64,000 nt of DNA from a virus. Lineage: Duplodnaviria > Caudoviricetes. Positions 47,367-58,017 of the stretch are shown in pieces; the stretch's first letter is position 1; each line of letters opens with the position of its first letter. The position numbers were made by a program, and so were the translations under genes. The notes below the pieces were generated by a model that saw only the letters and a program-made list of their open reading frames with translations, was not told the DNA's origin and did not search any database. The DNA lies in IMG/VR virus record IMGVR_UViG_3300029305_003246, positions 71,414-135,413 of that record; one strand, written 5' to 3'.

Positions 47367-49547
47367 TTGGCCTATGTAAACAAAGCAAAAGTTAATCCAA
47401 GTAGCCCAATCATTTATTTAAAGATTGGGTCTACAGTACTTACAGTAGCAAATTCACCTCGTCAGGCTCAACATTTAGTTAATTTATCAGTTACGGAGTC
47501 TGCATATGATACTTATAGTGATATTGTTTTCACTCTTTTTGATGAGTCTGCTTTATTAGTAGAATATGAGATAAAAAAGGGATTTAATAATGTCCAATAT
47601 AGATTCGGTATGGACGAAACTTCTATCTGTCCCATGCGAACTTGTCATATAAAAGACTATGATATAGAGTTCACTGGTGGGGGTATGATGCTCACATTAC
47701 AATGTGTTAATGGTACTTTAGATATAACGGGTAATTCTAATCAACACGAGGAACCCAAAACTTTCAAAGGTAAAATTTCCGATGTTATAAGACAAATATG
47801 CAAAGAGCTTGGTTATAAAGAGGGAAATATAGTTGAAACTGATGATGACCCAAATGCAAAGGAAGAAGGTTATAAGAGTTCAGGATTTGACCTAATGGCA
47901 TTTGCAAGGGAATTATGCACATCTGCAAAATCTGTTAGTGGTGAGTCAGGTTATGTCCTTTATACTAAAGATAAAGATGGTCAAACATATTTATACTTTG
48001 AACCTTGTAAAAAGGCCACAGTAGAAATGTATGATACTTATGAATTCGTTATAGGAAAAGAGCACGAAAATATTATATCTTTTAAGCCCGAGTATAAAGG
48101 ATTAGTGTATACTTTAGTTACACCACCAGGTTCTGAAACTTCGACTAATACTTCATCTGATTCATCTACAACTACTTCTACGAAAGCACCTGTCGATACT
48201 TCTTTAGGTGATGCGAATGCTAAGACTTGGTCTAGATTGACTAGAGATAAGATACAAGGTGAGTTAATGTCGGCATTAATAGGAACTGATATCTATCCTA
48301 AAAATGGAGGAACATTAAAAGTTTATTCAGGCACTGATTCTAAGAAATGTAAGGTTGTTGCCACTTTAAGAAATCAAGAATGGGCAGATATAGAGGCCGA
48401 AACAGCATCTTGGTATAAGGTCAGAACATATTTAGGAAAAGAAGGATGGGTAAGAAAAGTCGATGTATCTGTAGGTAAGCCAGGAAAGAACTTTGTAGAT
48501 AAAGATGGTGATAATAAAGAAGATTTGCCTTCTAAAGAATCTACTGAAACTACTGAGGATGGTTTAACTACTACAAATACTGATAATTACATGACGGATA
48601 CGAATTTCCAAAGTGCAGCAGCACAGGCAGCAAAATATAATATAGGTGTTTTAGCACCTTCAGTAGATGAGTTATCTAATGTATTAATAAAGCCTTATGC
48701 ATCTGATTCTACTTTCAAAAGATATGTTGGTTCAAGCTCTTATAATGCCAATGAGCTTGGAAAAGTGGCCGAATATATGTTCACAATGGCATCCGTACTT
48801 ATGCCAACAGCACAATTAGAAATTCGAGGTAATGCCTTACTTGATACGATGAGTTTTATCATAATTGTAGTTATGACCAAAGATAAATTATTCCATCATA
48901 GTTCAGGATTATATCAAATTATGGAAGTTGCACATAATATTGAAATGGGCGAATTTACTACTACATTAAATATGATTAAAAGAGCTATGCAAATAGATGA
49001 AAAAGGTAAGATAACGTTACTTGATGCAACTGAGGGGGTTATGGGCGATGTACAACTTGGAGGTAGTGCATCATCTGACCTAGGTAGTAACTCAGGTGGG
49101 ACTAACAATGGTTCTGAAAGTATTAATGGTGGTGTTGTTAATTCTGCGAGTTCTGATACTATTCGTAAATATGCCGAAAAATATGTAGGTTTACCATATA
49201 TATGGGGTGGCAGTGGACCTAATAAGAAAGGTTACGATTGTTCAGGATTCTGTTCTGAAATGCTTTATGATATGGGATACAAACGAATCGGAACTACAGC
49301 GAATTTTATTAATACAGGCCAGGTTATTCCATGGGATAAGAGTCAAATTCTCCCAGGTGATTGCCTTGTTTATCGTCAAAACGGAAAAGGTCATGTTGTT
49401 ATGGTAGTTGACCAAAATACGGTAGTTCATGCACCTAAGACTGGTGATGTTATTAAGTATGCAGATATAGGATATTACTGGGAATATATGCAAAAGAAGA
49501 ATGGTAAGGTTATGAGATATATAGGTAATGCCGAGTATAAAAGATAA
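47367..49547 (+). CDS. baseplate hub (gp27-like) with inserted SH3b and C-terminal NlpC/P60 peptidase
   Basis: WYKVRT…EGWV (SH3); SGLYQIMEVAHNI..GEFTTTL; GLPYIWGG…YDCSG…PGD…GHV…VVHAP. Confidence 0.8.
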   Translation: MAYVNKAKVNPSSPIIYLKIGSTVLTVANSPRQAQHLVNLSVTESAYDTYSDIVFTLFDESALLVEYEIKKGFNNVQYRFGMDETSICPMRTCHIKDYDIEFTGGGMMLTLQCVNGTLDITGNSNQHEEPKTFKGKISDVIRQICKELGYKEGNIVETDDDPNAKEEGYKSSGFDLMAFARELCTSAKSVSGESGYVLYTKDKDGQTYLYFEPCKKATVEMYDTYEFVIGKEHENIISFKPEYKGLVYTLVTPPGSETSTNTSSDSSTTTSTKAPVDTSLGDANAKTWSRLTRDKIQGELMSALIGTDIYPKNGGTLKVYSGTDSKKCKVVATLRNQEWADIEAETASWYKVRTYLGKEGWVRKVDVSVGKPGKNFVDKDGDNKEDLPSKESTETTEDGLTTTNTDNYMTDTNFQSAAAQAAKYNIGVLAPSVDELSNVLIKPYASDSTFKRYVGSSSYNANELGKVAEYMFTMASVLMPTAQLEIRGNALLDTMSFIIIVVMTKDKLFHHSSGLYQIMEVAHNIEMGEFTTTLNMIKRAMQIDEKGKITLLDATEGVMGDVQLGGSASSDLGSNSGGTNNGSESINGGVVNSASSDTIRKYAEKYVGLPYIWGGSGPNKKGYDCSGFCSEMLYDMGYKRIGTTANFINTGQVIPWDKSQILPGDCLVYRQNGKGHVVMVVDQNTVVHAPKTGDVIKYADIGYYWEYMQKKNGKVMRYIGNAEYKR

Positions 49548-49600
49548 GGATGATTTATTAAATCATCCTTTTATATTTTCTAGATAGGAGGTTATGAAAA

Positions 49601-50623
49601 ATGATTAACAATCAGACTGAATTTACTAATATTTATAGAGCCAAAGTTGTATCTAATAAAGACCCAAAAGAAATCTGCAGAATAAAAATTCGAATACCAT
49701 GTATACACGGCATAGATAGTTCTGATGGTCTAGGCGATGATGATTTACCATTTGCAATGCCATGTGTAATGGATGCATCTTTCGAGTCAGGAACTTTTAT
49801 TGTTCCCGAGGTTGGTGCGACTGTCTTTGTATTCTTTGAGGGTGGGAAAATCGATAAGCCCGTTTATTTTGGCAGTTCAATTTCTTATGAGCATACTGAT
49901 TCCCAAGAGTATGGGAGTAAAGATTCCGAATCTTTTACGGGTTCTGAAGGTAAGCGAGTTAAAAGAGCTTATATGAGCGATACTCCGATGAATGTTTATA
50001 AGAAAGGTATTTTTAGAAAGTTTATTCTATTCAAAACACGTAAGGGTGCATCTATCGAATTTAGCGATGAGGACGAAAAAGAGCATTTAACTATTTATGA
50101 TAGGATAGGTCAAGTTTTGACTATGTATTCTCCAGTAAGCAAAGACGAAAACTCTGATGGTATGGCCAATAGAGGTATTTTCTCCATTATTAAAAGCAAA
50201 TTCGAGGTTAAGAATAAAGCAATCTTACTTTTAAAATCTTTATCAAGTTCATTTTTACGATTTGTATCTGAGGTATCTTATACTAAAAATGAATTTACTA
50301 CTGTTTTTCAAGAGGATAAGGCAGGTATATCGATAGATATAGGTAAGGATAATAGAATATTAATATTCTATAAAGATTCTACATTAATAGAAATAAAAGA
50401 AGATAAAGTATGTATAAAAACTGATAAAATAGATATAGATGGAGACGTTAATATAAAGGGCGATTTAAAGGTTCAGGGTCAAGTTTTATCTAGTTCTACA
50501 ATACGAGGGAATGTATATGGAAGTTGGGTTTATTCAAATGCTCAATGTCCAGTTTCTTTAAATTTAGATGTAAATATTAACCCTTATGTTGATGATGAAG
50601 ACGAACAAATAATAGAGGAATAG
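49601..50623 (+). CDS. baseplate spike (gp5/Vgr OB-fold)
   Basis: YRAKVVSNKDP…RIKIRIP…VPEVGATVFVFFEGG…PVYFG; beta-helix C-terminus. Confidence 0.85.
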   Translation: MINNQTEFTNIYRAKVVSNKDPKEICRIKIRIPCIHGIDSSDGLGDDDLPFAMPCVMDASFESGTFIVPEVGATVFVFFEGGKIDKPVYFGSSISYEHTDSQEYGSKDSESFTGSEGKRVKRAYMSDTPMNVYKKGIFRKFILFKTRKGASIEFSDEDEKEHLTIYDRIGQVLTMYSPVSKDENSDGMANRGIFSIIKSKFEVKNKAILLLKSLSSSFLRFVSEVSYTKNEFTTVFQEDKAGISIDIGKDNRILIFYKDSTLIEIKEDKVCIKTDKIDIDGDVNIKGDLKVQGQVLSSSTIRGNVYGSWVYSNAQCPVSLNLDVNINPYVDDEDEQIIEE

Positions 50624-50633
50624 AGGTGATATA

Positions 50634-51056
50634 ATGGCTTATTATGAAGACCCGTTTACAGCGGGGTATAATAAACGTTTTAACATCTATAAAGGTTTAT
50701 CCAGTGAAAACTTTGAATATGGCTCTACAGCGGTCGCAGAAGGTATTGATAAAATTAAACAGAATTTATTAACACTTCTCACTGTTCCAAAAGGTTCTCT
50801 ATTTTTCAACCCTTCTTATGGTTCAGGGTTAGATAGTTTACTATTTGAGCCAAATGATTTCATTTTAAAAGATACAGTTGAACGTTTTTTAACTTCTCAA
50901 ATTGAATCTTGTTTACAAGATGTAAGAGTTGATAGTATTCAAGTTGAATTTTATGATGGATATCTAAATATAGAAATTCATTATTATATTTTATCTATAG
51001 GTTATTATGATGAAGTTGCAATAATAAAGAAAAGGAGTGTGGCATCATTTGATTAA
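50634..51056 (+). CDS. baseplate wedge/sheath initiator (gp25-like)
   Basis: IKQNL..LL..PKG..FFNP.YGS.L..LLFEPN. Confidence 0.88.
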   Translation: MAYYEDPFTAGYNKRFNIYKGLSSENFEYGSTAVAEGIDKIKQNLLTLLTVPKGSLFFNPSYGSGLDSLLFEPNDFILKDTVERFLTSQIESCLQDVRVDSIQVEFYDGYLNIEIHYYILSIGYYDEVAIIKKRSVASFD

Positions 51057-52488
51057 TTATACTAAAAGGGATTTTAACTCTATAAGGGACGAATTAATTA
51101 ATAATATACCAAAATACACTCAAGATTGGAATGACTTCTCCGAATCAGATTTAGGTATGATTTTTATTGATTTTATAGCAGGAGTTTCGTCTATGCTAAA
51201 TTATTATATAGACAAAGAAGTATCTGAATTAAGAATAATGGAAGCTACTGAAGCACGAAATATATATTCCAACTTAGAGTTATTAGGTTATAAAAGACCT
51301 TTGAAACGATGTGGTGTTGCTACAGCGAAGGTCACTGCAAATGCAAATAAATTTTTCGATAGTGCTTATGATTTTGATATAACTATACCAGCATTTTCAT
51401 CATTTACAAGTTCGAAAAATAAAAATAATAACAAACTTCATTTTACCAACCCAACTGAAATCTTTATAACACCAGGTACAGTAGATACTGAGTTTACTCT
51501 AGTTCAAGGTAAGTACGAGTCAAGAACTTATAACACGACTTCTATACAATCCTATAAACTATACTTACCTTCAAAAGATATATCTGATTATTTCTTAAGA
51601 GTAACAGTTGATGGAACTGAATGGGGTGTTGTTGAAAATGCCTTTTTAGAAACTCAAGGTGGTACAGCTTGTTCTATACATCGAGATGCATATGATAACG
51701 TTTATCTTTTATTTACTTATAATTATAGAAATTACTTATCAACTTCAAGTTATATTCAAGTTGAGTATCTAACTACTGAAGGCAATGTTAAAATAGCACC
51801 TAATTCTGTTGATAAGCCTATGTTTACTATAACTAATCCAGAAGGGAAAAATATTACAAATGAATTAATATTCACTAACACGACATTTTTCTCAGGTGGT
51901 TATAATGATGAAGATTTAAACTTAGCAAAGGCAAAAGCAATAGCAAGTTCAAGAACTCCGAAATTCTTATGCACTTTAGATGATTATGAGAATGCGATAT
52001 TCTCATTCCCAGGAGTTTTAGATGTTCAATGTGTCGATTTATCAGTTAAAGGTACTTCAAATATTAAACCATATGAAATTGTTGCATATGTCCTAACTGA
52101 AGATGATAATAATATGTCATCAGGATTTATGGAAGATTTACAAATTCATTTGTACAATAAAAAGGATATTACTCGTTCAATAACATTGAAGGATGCTATA
52201 AGGAAAGAAATATCTATTGATATTGAGTTTACTGTCTTAAGTGAAAATATTAACTTAATTAACTTAGAGCATGATATTCTAAGATTTTTAGATCCTTACT
52301 ATTATGGCAAATGCTTTAATAGAACTATTTCAAGAGACCATATAATTAATAGTATAATAAATAATTTTCCAGAGATAAAGACTATCGATATGATTTCTCC
52401 AGAAGAGAATATTTTACCAGGAATAGGTGAAGTTATCGATATAGTTAATATTTCAGTAAGGGGTAATTACTATGACCACATCGTATAA
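51037..52488 (+). CDS. baseplate wedge (gp6/J-like); start may be TTG 51049
   Basis: YTKRDFNSIRDEL, WNDFSESDLG, LLGY, TLDDYE. Confidence 0.85.
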   Translation: MWHHLINYTKRDFNSIRDELINNIPKYTQDWNDFSESDLGMIFIDFIAGVSSMLNYYIDKEVSELRIMEATEARNIYSNLELLGYKRPLKRCGVATAKVTANANKFFDSAYDFDITIPAFSSFTSSKNKNNNKLHFTNPTEIFITPGTVDTEFTLVQGKYESRTYNTTSIQSYKLYLPSKDISDYFLRVTVDGTEWGVVENAFLETQGGTACSIHRDAYDNVYLLFTYNYRNYLSTSSYIQVEYLTTEGNVKIAPNSVDKPMFTITNPEGKNITNELIFTNTTFFSGGYNDEDLNLAKAKAIASSRTPKFLCTLDDYENAIFSFPGVLDVQCVDLSVKGTSNIKPYEIVAYVLTEDDNNMSSGFMEDLQIHLYNKKDITRSITLKDAIRKEISIDIEFTVLSENINLINLEHDILRFLDPYYYGKCFNRTISRDHIINSIINNFPEIKTIDMISPEENILPGIGEVIDIVNISVRGNYYDHIV

Positions 52489-53098
52489 CATGTCTAAAAT
52501 CTTAGATGAATATTTTCCAGAGGCATTAAAAGGTCATCCACAATATAAGGTCTTTATAGATTTAGCTAATGAAGAGTTTACTAGGGTAGATGACCTTATA
52601 AGAACATTATGCTTTTATTCTAATATTGATAGATGTCCAGAAGAGTTTTTACAACATTTAGCAGACATTATAGGCTTTCAATATAATAAAGATTTAGATG
52701 AAATTGCTCAAAGAGAATGTATGAAATTGTACTTACAAGAATGTCCAACTTCTGTTGGTAGGGTTGAGGACTTGACGAATATGGCGACTTATGGTGACGT
52801 TGAAGGTTACTTAGGAGGGGACTTATTTGTTCCAGGAACGAAGCCTTTCAGACCTATGGCGACTCTAACTATGGCGAGGGAAAGAATATATACTCACTCT
52901 AAATCAAAACGAAGTGATGTAGATGTCTATCCATCTGATGTTTTTAGAGAAGGAGTTGTTCTAATCACCGTAACTCGTATAAATGACGCTATTATGGATA
53001 GAGTTGAAAAAGTGAAGCCAGCAGGATTATTAGTTGTTTATCAAATGGTGACTTCATCAGGTTCCTTTGAGTACATCACTCATACTCAAACAAGATAG
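52472..53098 (+). CDS. baseplate wedge (gp7/P2 I-like)
   Basis: IDRCPEEFLQHLADIIG; VKPAG. Confidence 0.75.
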   Translation: MTTSYNMSKILDEYFPEALKGHPQYKVFIDLANEEFTRVDDLIRTLCFYSNIDRCPEEFLQHLADIIGFQYNKDLDEIAQRECMKLYLQECPTSVGRVEDLTNMATYGDVEGYLGGDLFVPGTKPFRPMATLTMARERIYTHSKSKRSDVDVYPSDVFREGVVLITVTRINDAIMDRVEKVKPAGLLVVYQMVTSSGSFEYITHTQTR

Positions 53099-53111
53099 GA
53101 GATGATTTAAT

Positions 53112-56100
53112 TTGCCACGTATTTATGATGAATCTCCCTTCTATGAAAGGGATAATGTAATAAAAAATTATTATAAGTTATTAGCCATACCAGGCCGTTA
53201 TGCTCAAGCATCTGAATTTACTGAAGTTCAATCAGTTTTGCTTGAGTGTATTAAGTCTATAGGGGATTCTTTATTCAAGGATGGTAACGTTCAGTCAGGT
53301 TGTAATATTATAATTAATGGGAATTCTGTTACTATTACTGAAGGACGTATTTACATCGATGGTGTTGTTAGAAATACGAAAGAAACAAAATTAGTAATAA
53401 CAGGTGGAGGTACAGAAATTATCACAGTAAGATTAGATGAAACTCTAGTATCTGAAAGTGATGATACTTCTTTATTAGACCCAGCTACTGATTCATCATC
53501 TGCATTCCAGCCAGGTTGTTTTAGGGTAAAACAAGAGGTTGTATTTGAAGTTAATGGTGAAGGTTCTACAGTGGCGATAATAGTTGATGGTAAACTTCAA
53601 AACTATATAGTCGAAAAGCCACAAATGGATATAATTAATGAAGTTTTAGCAAGACGTACTTTCGCCGAATCAGGAAATTATATAGTAAGTGGATTTGAGT
53701 TAAAAGAATTAGATTATGAACAAGAAAATACCTTACTTGTGGGACTTAGTAAGGGTCAAGCATTTATAAGAGGTTATGAAGTTGTTAATCCAACTGATAT
53801 TACTTTTACTGTAGATAAGGCTTTAATCTACAGGGAAGTAGTAGGTGAGCCAAAGAGATGTAGTAGGTCTGAAAACTCATTCTCTTTAATAAATAACCCT
53901 TTAAATGAAATAACAAGAGTTTTCGTAACATTAACAGCTAAAGATACTATAGTTTATAATTATTTAGTAAACGAATACGAATTAAAAAATCAACCAGTAT
54001 CTGAAATACTTAGTATTGACGGGTTTACTCAAGGAGTTGACTATCGTTTAAGTAATAATAAAGTTGTATGGCTAGGCCAAAAGACTCCAGAGAGTGGTAC
54101 AAACTTTACAGTAAATTATGCATATAAAAGTTTATTAACTGAAGGAACTGATTACTTGGTATACCCAGGAGATATAACAACTATCTCTATCACTAATGAA
54201 GCATTATTAGATAATTCTGAAGTTTTAGTAGATTACTCTTATTATCTAGCAAGACGTGATACAGTTTGTCTTGATTCCACTGGTTCTGCAATAGTTGTTA
54301 AAGGTATAGACGGCGACCTTGATGAATGTTTTGCTCCAAAAGTTCACGATAATGCATATTTACCTTTAGGTGAGATATTAATATACCCTAATTCTAATAA
54401 ATATGAAATAATAAATGATACAGTTAGAGTTTCTACTATGCAAAGAATACAAAATGCTATAGAACGTCTAGATAAATTAGAATATAATGTTATGATGAGT
54501 ACGTTAGACCAAGAACTTTATGATAAAGAATCTAGTGAGCAATTAAGAGCTATGTTCACTGAATCTTTCGTTAATTATGATAGAGTTGATTTAGATTTTG
54601 AAGGGGTTCGCTTATCTTTAGATGTATTCGAAGGTGTTATGCATCCTTATTATGAAGATACTCGCCATGATTTATTATTATCTACTAATCCAAATAATAG
54701 ATATGGTGTGATAGGAGATGTTTATACTCTACCATATACAAGTAAGAATATTCTATCTCAAAATAATACTACAGGAAGTATGTTAGTGAACCCATACCAA
54801 GCATTTGACCCAATAATGGCTATCGAAATAGCACCTTCAATTGATACTTGGGTAAACACTTCTACAGTTACAGCTACTCAAACAAAGACGGTTTATAGAA
54901 GTTACGTTTGGGGTGGATGGTACAATTATTCCACAACATCTGAATCAAGAAGTTCTTTAGGTTCTCAAGTCATAAAAGATTCTGAATCTACTTATATGAG
55001 ACAACGTGAGATAAAAATAACTTCTAACACTTTCCCAACTTCTGCAAATAATATACGATGTTTATTTGATGGACGTCTAGTGGCTTTAACTCCATTAAAT
55101 ACTACATCTAGAGGTACAACTTCAGGTTCTGTAAGACCTGATGCAAATGGCCATCTTGAAGCATCATTCACAATTCCAGCGAATGTCCCTTGTGGTACTG
55201 TAGAAGTTAAATTATTTGACGAAAATTTACAAGGTGTTGCACAATATAGAGCTACAGGTAGGGATAGAGTTATACAAGAGACTATCCTTGTTACTAGAAC
55301 GGTTACTACTTACATTGACCCATTGGCTCAAACTTTCGTATTATCTGATACAAGAATTTTAACGGGAGTAGATTTATACTTCGCAAATAAAGATAGTCAT
55401 TCTGTTACTGTTCAAGTAAGAAATGTTGAAGTGGGGATGCCAGGAAAATTACTTTATACTGAAACTGTCTTACCTTCTGAAAGAATTAATACTTCAGCTA
55501 AGGGTACAGCAGTAACTCATGTTACATTCCCAAATGTTGTTCAATGTGAAAAAGATACTGAATATTGTATAATTGTTCTAACTGATTCTCCAAAATTAAG
55601 TTTATTTACAGCTAAATTAGGTGATAAGACTTTAGATGGTTCAAAATATATAACTACAAATCCTTATACGACTGGTGTCCTTTTATCAAGTTCAAATGCT
55701 AGTACATGGACAGCACATCAAGATATGGACTTAAAATTTGCTTTATATGGAGCAGTCTTTGAATCTAAGGGTGAATTAAACTTCTCCGAGGTTACTACAA
55801 ATAATGCAGATAGATTATTATACACTATAGATATATTAAACGGTATCTCATCTCAAGCAGTTGTTTATTCTAATGTAAATAATACAGGCTTTAGTTTGGT
55901 TGAACCTTGGCAGGCTTACGATTTAGAAACTCATGCAAAATCTTGTAATGTCCGTATAGCTATGTCTACAAATGATTCAAATCAATCACCTATGATAAAC
56001 AAGGATTCATTAGGAATAGTTTCATTTATATCTGAAAATTCTGCTTGTTATGTATCTAAAAATATTGTATTAGAAACTGAATGCCAAGAAATGAAAGTTT

Positions 56101-56351
56101 TATTAAACACATCATCTCATCCAGATAATACTGTTAGAGTTTGGTATGCAGTTGATGGTCTAGGTAGTACTTGGAATGAATTAACTGAACCTAATTCTAA
56201 GACTGTTGAAGCAGGTACTAAGCAGTTAGAATTTATTAAAAAAGGATTAACTATTAAAAACTTTAGAATTAAAGTGGAAATCTCCACAACTAATACTTGT
56301 TCACGACCTTTTATCTCAAAATTAGGAGTGATTTTTAATGAAAGTTTATAA
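53112..56351 (+). CDS. DUF4815/VrlC-like large baseplate-fibre attachment protein
   Basis: PGRYAQASEFTEVQ, LARRTFAESGNY, DPLAQTF, GVLLSSSNASTWTAHQDMDLKF. Confidence 0.8.
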   Translation: MPRIYDESPFYERDNVIKNYYKLLAIPGRYAQASEFTEVQSVLLECIKSIGDSLFKDGNVQSGCNIIINGNSVTITEGRIYIDGVVRNTKETKLVITGGGTEIITVRLDETLVSESDDTSLLDPATDSSSAFQPGCFRVKQEVVFEVNGEGSTVAIIVDGKLQNYIVEKPQMDIINEVLARRTFAESGNYIVSGFELKELDYEQENTLLVGLSKGQAFIRGYEVVNPTDITFTVDKALIYREVVGEPKRCSRSENSFSLINNPLNEITRVFVTLTAKDTIVYNYLVNEYELKNQPVSEILSIDGFTQGVDYRLSNNKVVWLGQKTPESGTNFTVNYAYKSLLTEGTDYLVYPGDITTISITNEALLDNSEVLVDYSYYLARRDTVCLDSTGSAIVVKGIDGDLDECFAPKVHDNAYLPLGEILIYPNSNKYEIINDTVRVSTMQRIQNAIERLDKLEYNVMMSTLDQELYDKESSEQLRAMFTESFVNYDRVDLDFEGVRLSLDVFEGVMHPYYEDTRHDLLLSTNPNNRYGVIGDVYTLPYTSKNILSQNNTTGSMLVNPYQAFDPIMAIEIAPSIDTWVNTSTVTATQTKTVYRSYVWGGWYNYSTTSESRSSLGSQVIKDSESTYMRQREIKITSNTFPTSANNIRCLFDGRLVALTPLNTTSRGTTSGSVRPDANGHLEASFTIPANVPCGTVEVKLFDENLQGVAQYRATGRDRVIQETILVTRTVTTYIDPLAQTFVLSDTRILTGVDLYFANKDSHSVTVQVRNVEVGMPGKLLYTETVLPSERINTSAKGTAVTHVTFPNVVQCEKDTEYCIIVLTDSPKLSLFTAKLGDKTLDGSKYITTNPYTTGVLLSSSNASTWTAHQDMDLKFALYGAVFESKGELNFSEVTTNNADRLLYTIDILNGISSQAVVYSNVNNTGFSLVEPWQAYDLETHAKSCNVRIAMSTNDSNQSPMINKDSLGIVSFISENSACYVSKNIVLETECQEMKVLLNTSSHPDNTVRVWYAVDGLGSTWNELTEPNSKTVEAGTKQLEFIKKGLTIKNFRIKVEISTTNTCSRPFISKLGVIFNESL

Positions 56352-56370
56352 AAAAGGGGTGAAAAAATAG

Positions 56371-57960
56371 ATGGCAGATTATGCAACTCATTGGTACGAC
56401 GGTGAAGGTTTACCGACGAATGATGTAGGACTTGCAGGCGATTATTTCCTTAACACCTCTAATGCAGATATTTATAAAAAGATTTCTAACACTTGGCAAC
56501 GTATAGGTAACATAAGAGGTGCACAAGGTTTACAAGGTGAGCCAGGTGAAAGAGGTGAAAAAGGTCTAAAAGGAGATAGAGGGGATGCAGGTTTAACGGG
56601 ACCAGTAGGACCTCAAGGTTCCATAGGATTATCAGGGTCTATATGGTACGATGGGATTGGTGTCCCAGAGACTTCTTTAGGGGTTATAAACGACTTCTAT
56701 CTAAATATATTTAATGGTGATATTTATAAGAAACGTGCCAATAGCTATTGGGAAAGGATTTCATCTTTCCTTCCAGATTTAACTTATTATCTAAACAAAA
56801 TCGATGAAATGATTAACGATGGTTATGAGAAAATAAGTGAAATAGATGCGACTTTCGTTGCTAATATGGAAAATATGGCAAGAACTTTTAATACTACTAT
56901 TGCAGAGATGAGGTCAGAGTTTAACTCTAATATTGAAAGTTTTGTTAATACTTTTTATGAAAATCAAGCTAATCAACAGAATACTTTCAATACCTTTATG
57001 TCAGCAAGTAATACGAGTTTTAATACTTTTATGACTAATAGCGATGAAAGTTTTGATACTTTTATGACTAATAGCGATGAAAGTTTTAATACTTTTATGA
57101 GTAATAGTAATGAAACTTTCGATACTTTTATAGATAATAGTAATGAAACTTTCGATTCTACAATGTCTGATTACGATTCAAGATTTAATACTTTCATGGA
57201 TTCTAGCAATGTGACTTTTAATAATACTATAGATAGTTATACTCAAACACTTAATAATTCTGCAAATGAGTTTAATACTTTTATAGATAATAGTTACACT
57301 GAGTTTGATTCCACTCTGACTGGTATGGTTGATAAATATGATACATTTATGTCAACTAGTGAGGCTACATTTACTTCTTCAGTTAGTGAATTTAATGAAA
57401 CTATTGGTAATATTAAAGCCGATTATGTAGATTCTAAAGATAGATATGATACTGAATTTAATGAATCTTTAGTTGGTAACAGAGAGGTTATCGATGATTA
57501 TATTGAAGCTAAAGATGCTACTTTAGAAGACCGTTTTAGAGAATTGGCATCAATGGCACCTCAAAATGAAATTCTAGAGGCTCGTACTTCATTAGATGGT
57601 ACTATTCATCCATATTTAAGAGAAAGATTTATTCATGATTTCCAAGAACTTGTGGATGCAAGAACTTCTATAGATGGCGAAGTTCATGATTTCTTAAAGT
57701 CTAGATTATTGCATGATTTCCAAGAACTAATAGATGCTAGAACTTCTGTAGATGGTACAGTTCATGAATTTTTAAAAGATAGGTTGTTATATGAATATAA
57801 CGAAATTTTACAGGCACGTACATCTATGGATGGTACTGAACATGCTCATTTAAAAGATAGATTATTCCATGATTTTAATAACCTAAATATAGACCTTGAA
57901 GTCGATTATGAAGCTTTAACTACACAAATAAATAATATAGATGATTCTTTGAAAGAGTAG
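56371..57960 (+). CDS. collagen-containing tail fibre protein with 11-aa and 26-aa repeats
   Basis: WYDG.G.P…GD.FLN…DIYKK x2; Gly-X-Y run; FNTFMxNSxEx repeats; EART S.DG..H..L..R x4. Confidence 0.75.
   Translation: MADYATHWYDGEGLPTNDVGLAGDYFLNTSNADIYKKISNTWQRIGNIRGAQGLQGEPGERGEKGLKGDRGDAGLTGPVGPQGSIGLSGSIWYDGIGVPETSLGVINDFYLNIFNGDIYKKRANSYWERISSFLPDLTYYLNKIDEMINDGYEKISEIDATFVANMENMARTFNTTIAEMRSEFNSNIESFVNTFYENQANQQNTFNTFMSASNTSFNTFMTNSDESFDTFMTNSDESFNTFMSNSNETFDTFIDNSNETFDSTMSDYDSRFNTFMDSSNVTFNNTIDSYTQTLNNSANEFNTFIDNSYTEFDSTLTGMVDKYDTFMSTSEATFTSSVSEFNETIGNIKADYVDSKDRYDTEFNESLVGNREVIDDYIEAKDATLEDRFRELASMAPQNEILEARTSLDGTIHPYLRERFIHDFQELVDARTSIDGEVHDFLKSRLLHDFQELIDARTSVDGTVHEFLKDRLLYEYNEILQARTSMDGTEHAHLKDRLFHDFNNLNIDLEVDYEALTTQINNIDDSLKE
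56980..57310 (+). repeat. 33-nt tandem repeats (hendecad FxTFMxNSxEx)
   Basis: e.g. TTT(A/G)ATACTTTTATGACTAATAGCGATGAAAGT repeated. Confidence 0.8.
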
Positions 57961-57985
57961 GTACACACCTACTCTTTTAAACGTT
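57952..57985 (+). promoter_or_regulatory. terminator hairpin fused with GTACA-N16-CGTT promoter
   Basis: AAAGAGTAGGT-acac-ACCTACTCTTT; CGTT 57982-85. Confidence 0.68.
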
Positions 57986-58017
57986 TATAAAAGTATAAAA
58001 TATAAGGAGGTTGTATT

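Noticed and set aside
56980-57880. 33-nt and 78-nt periodic repeats as a possible CRISPR or ncRNA array
   Set aside because: They are in-frame protein repeats with no unique spacers; no cas genes or tRNA-like structures were seen in the window.
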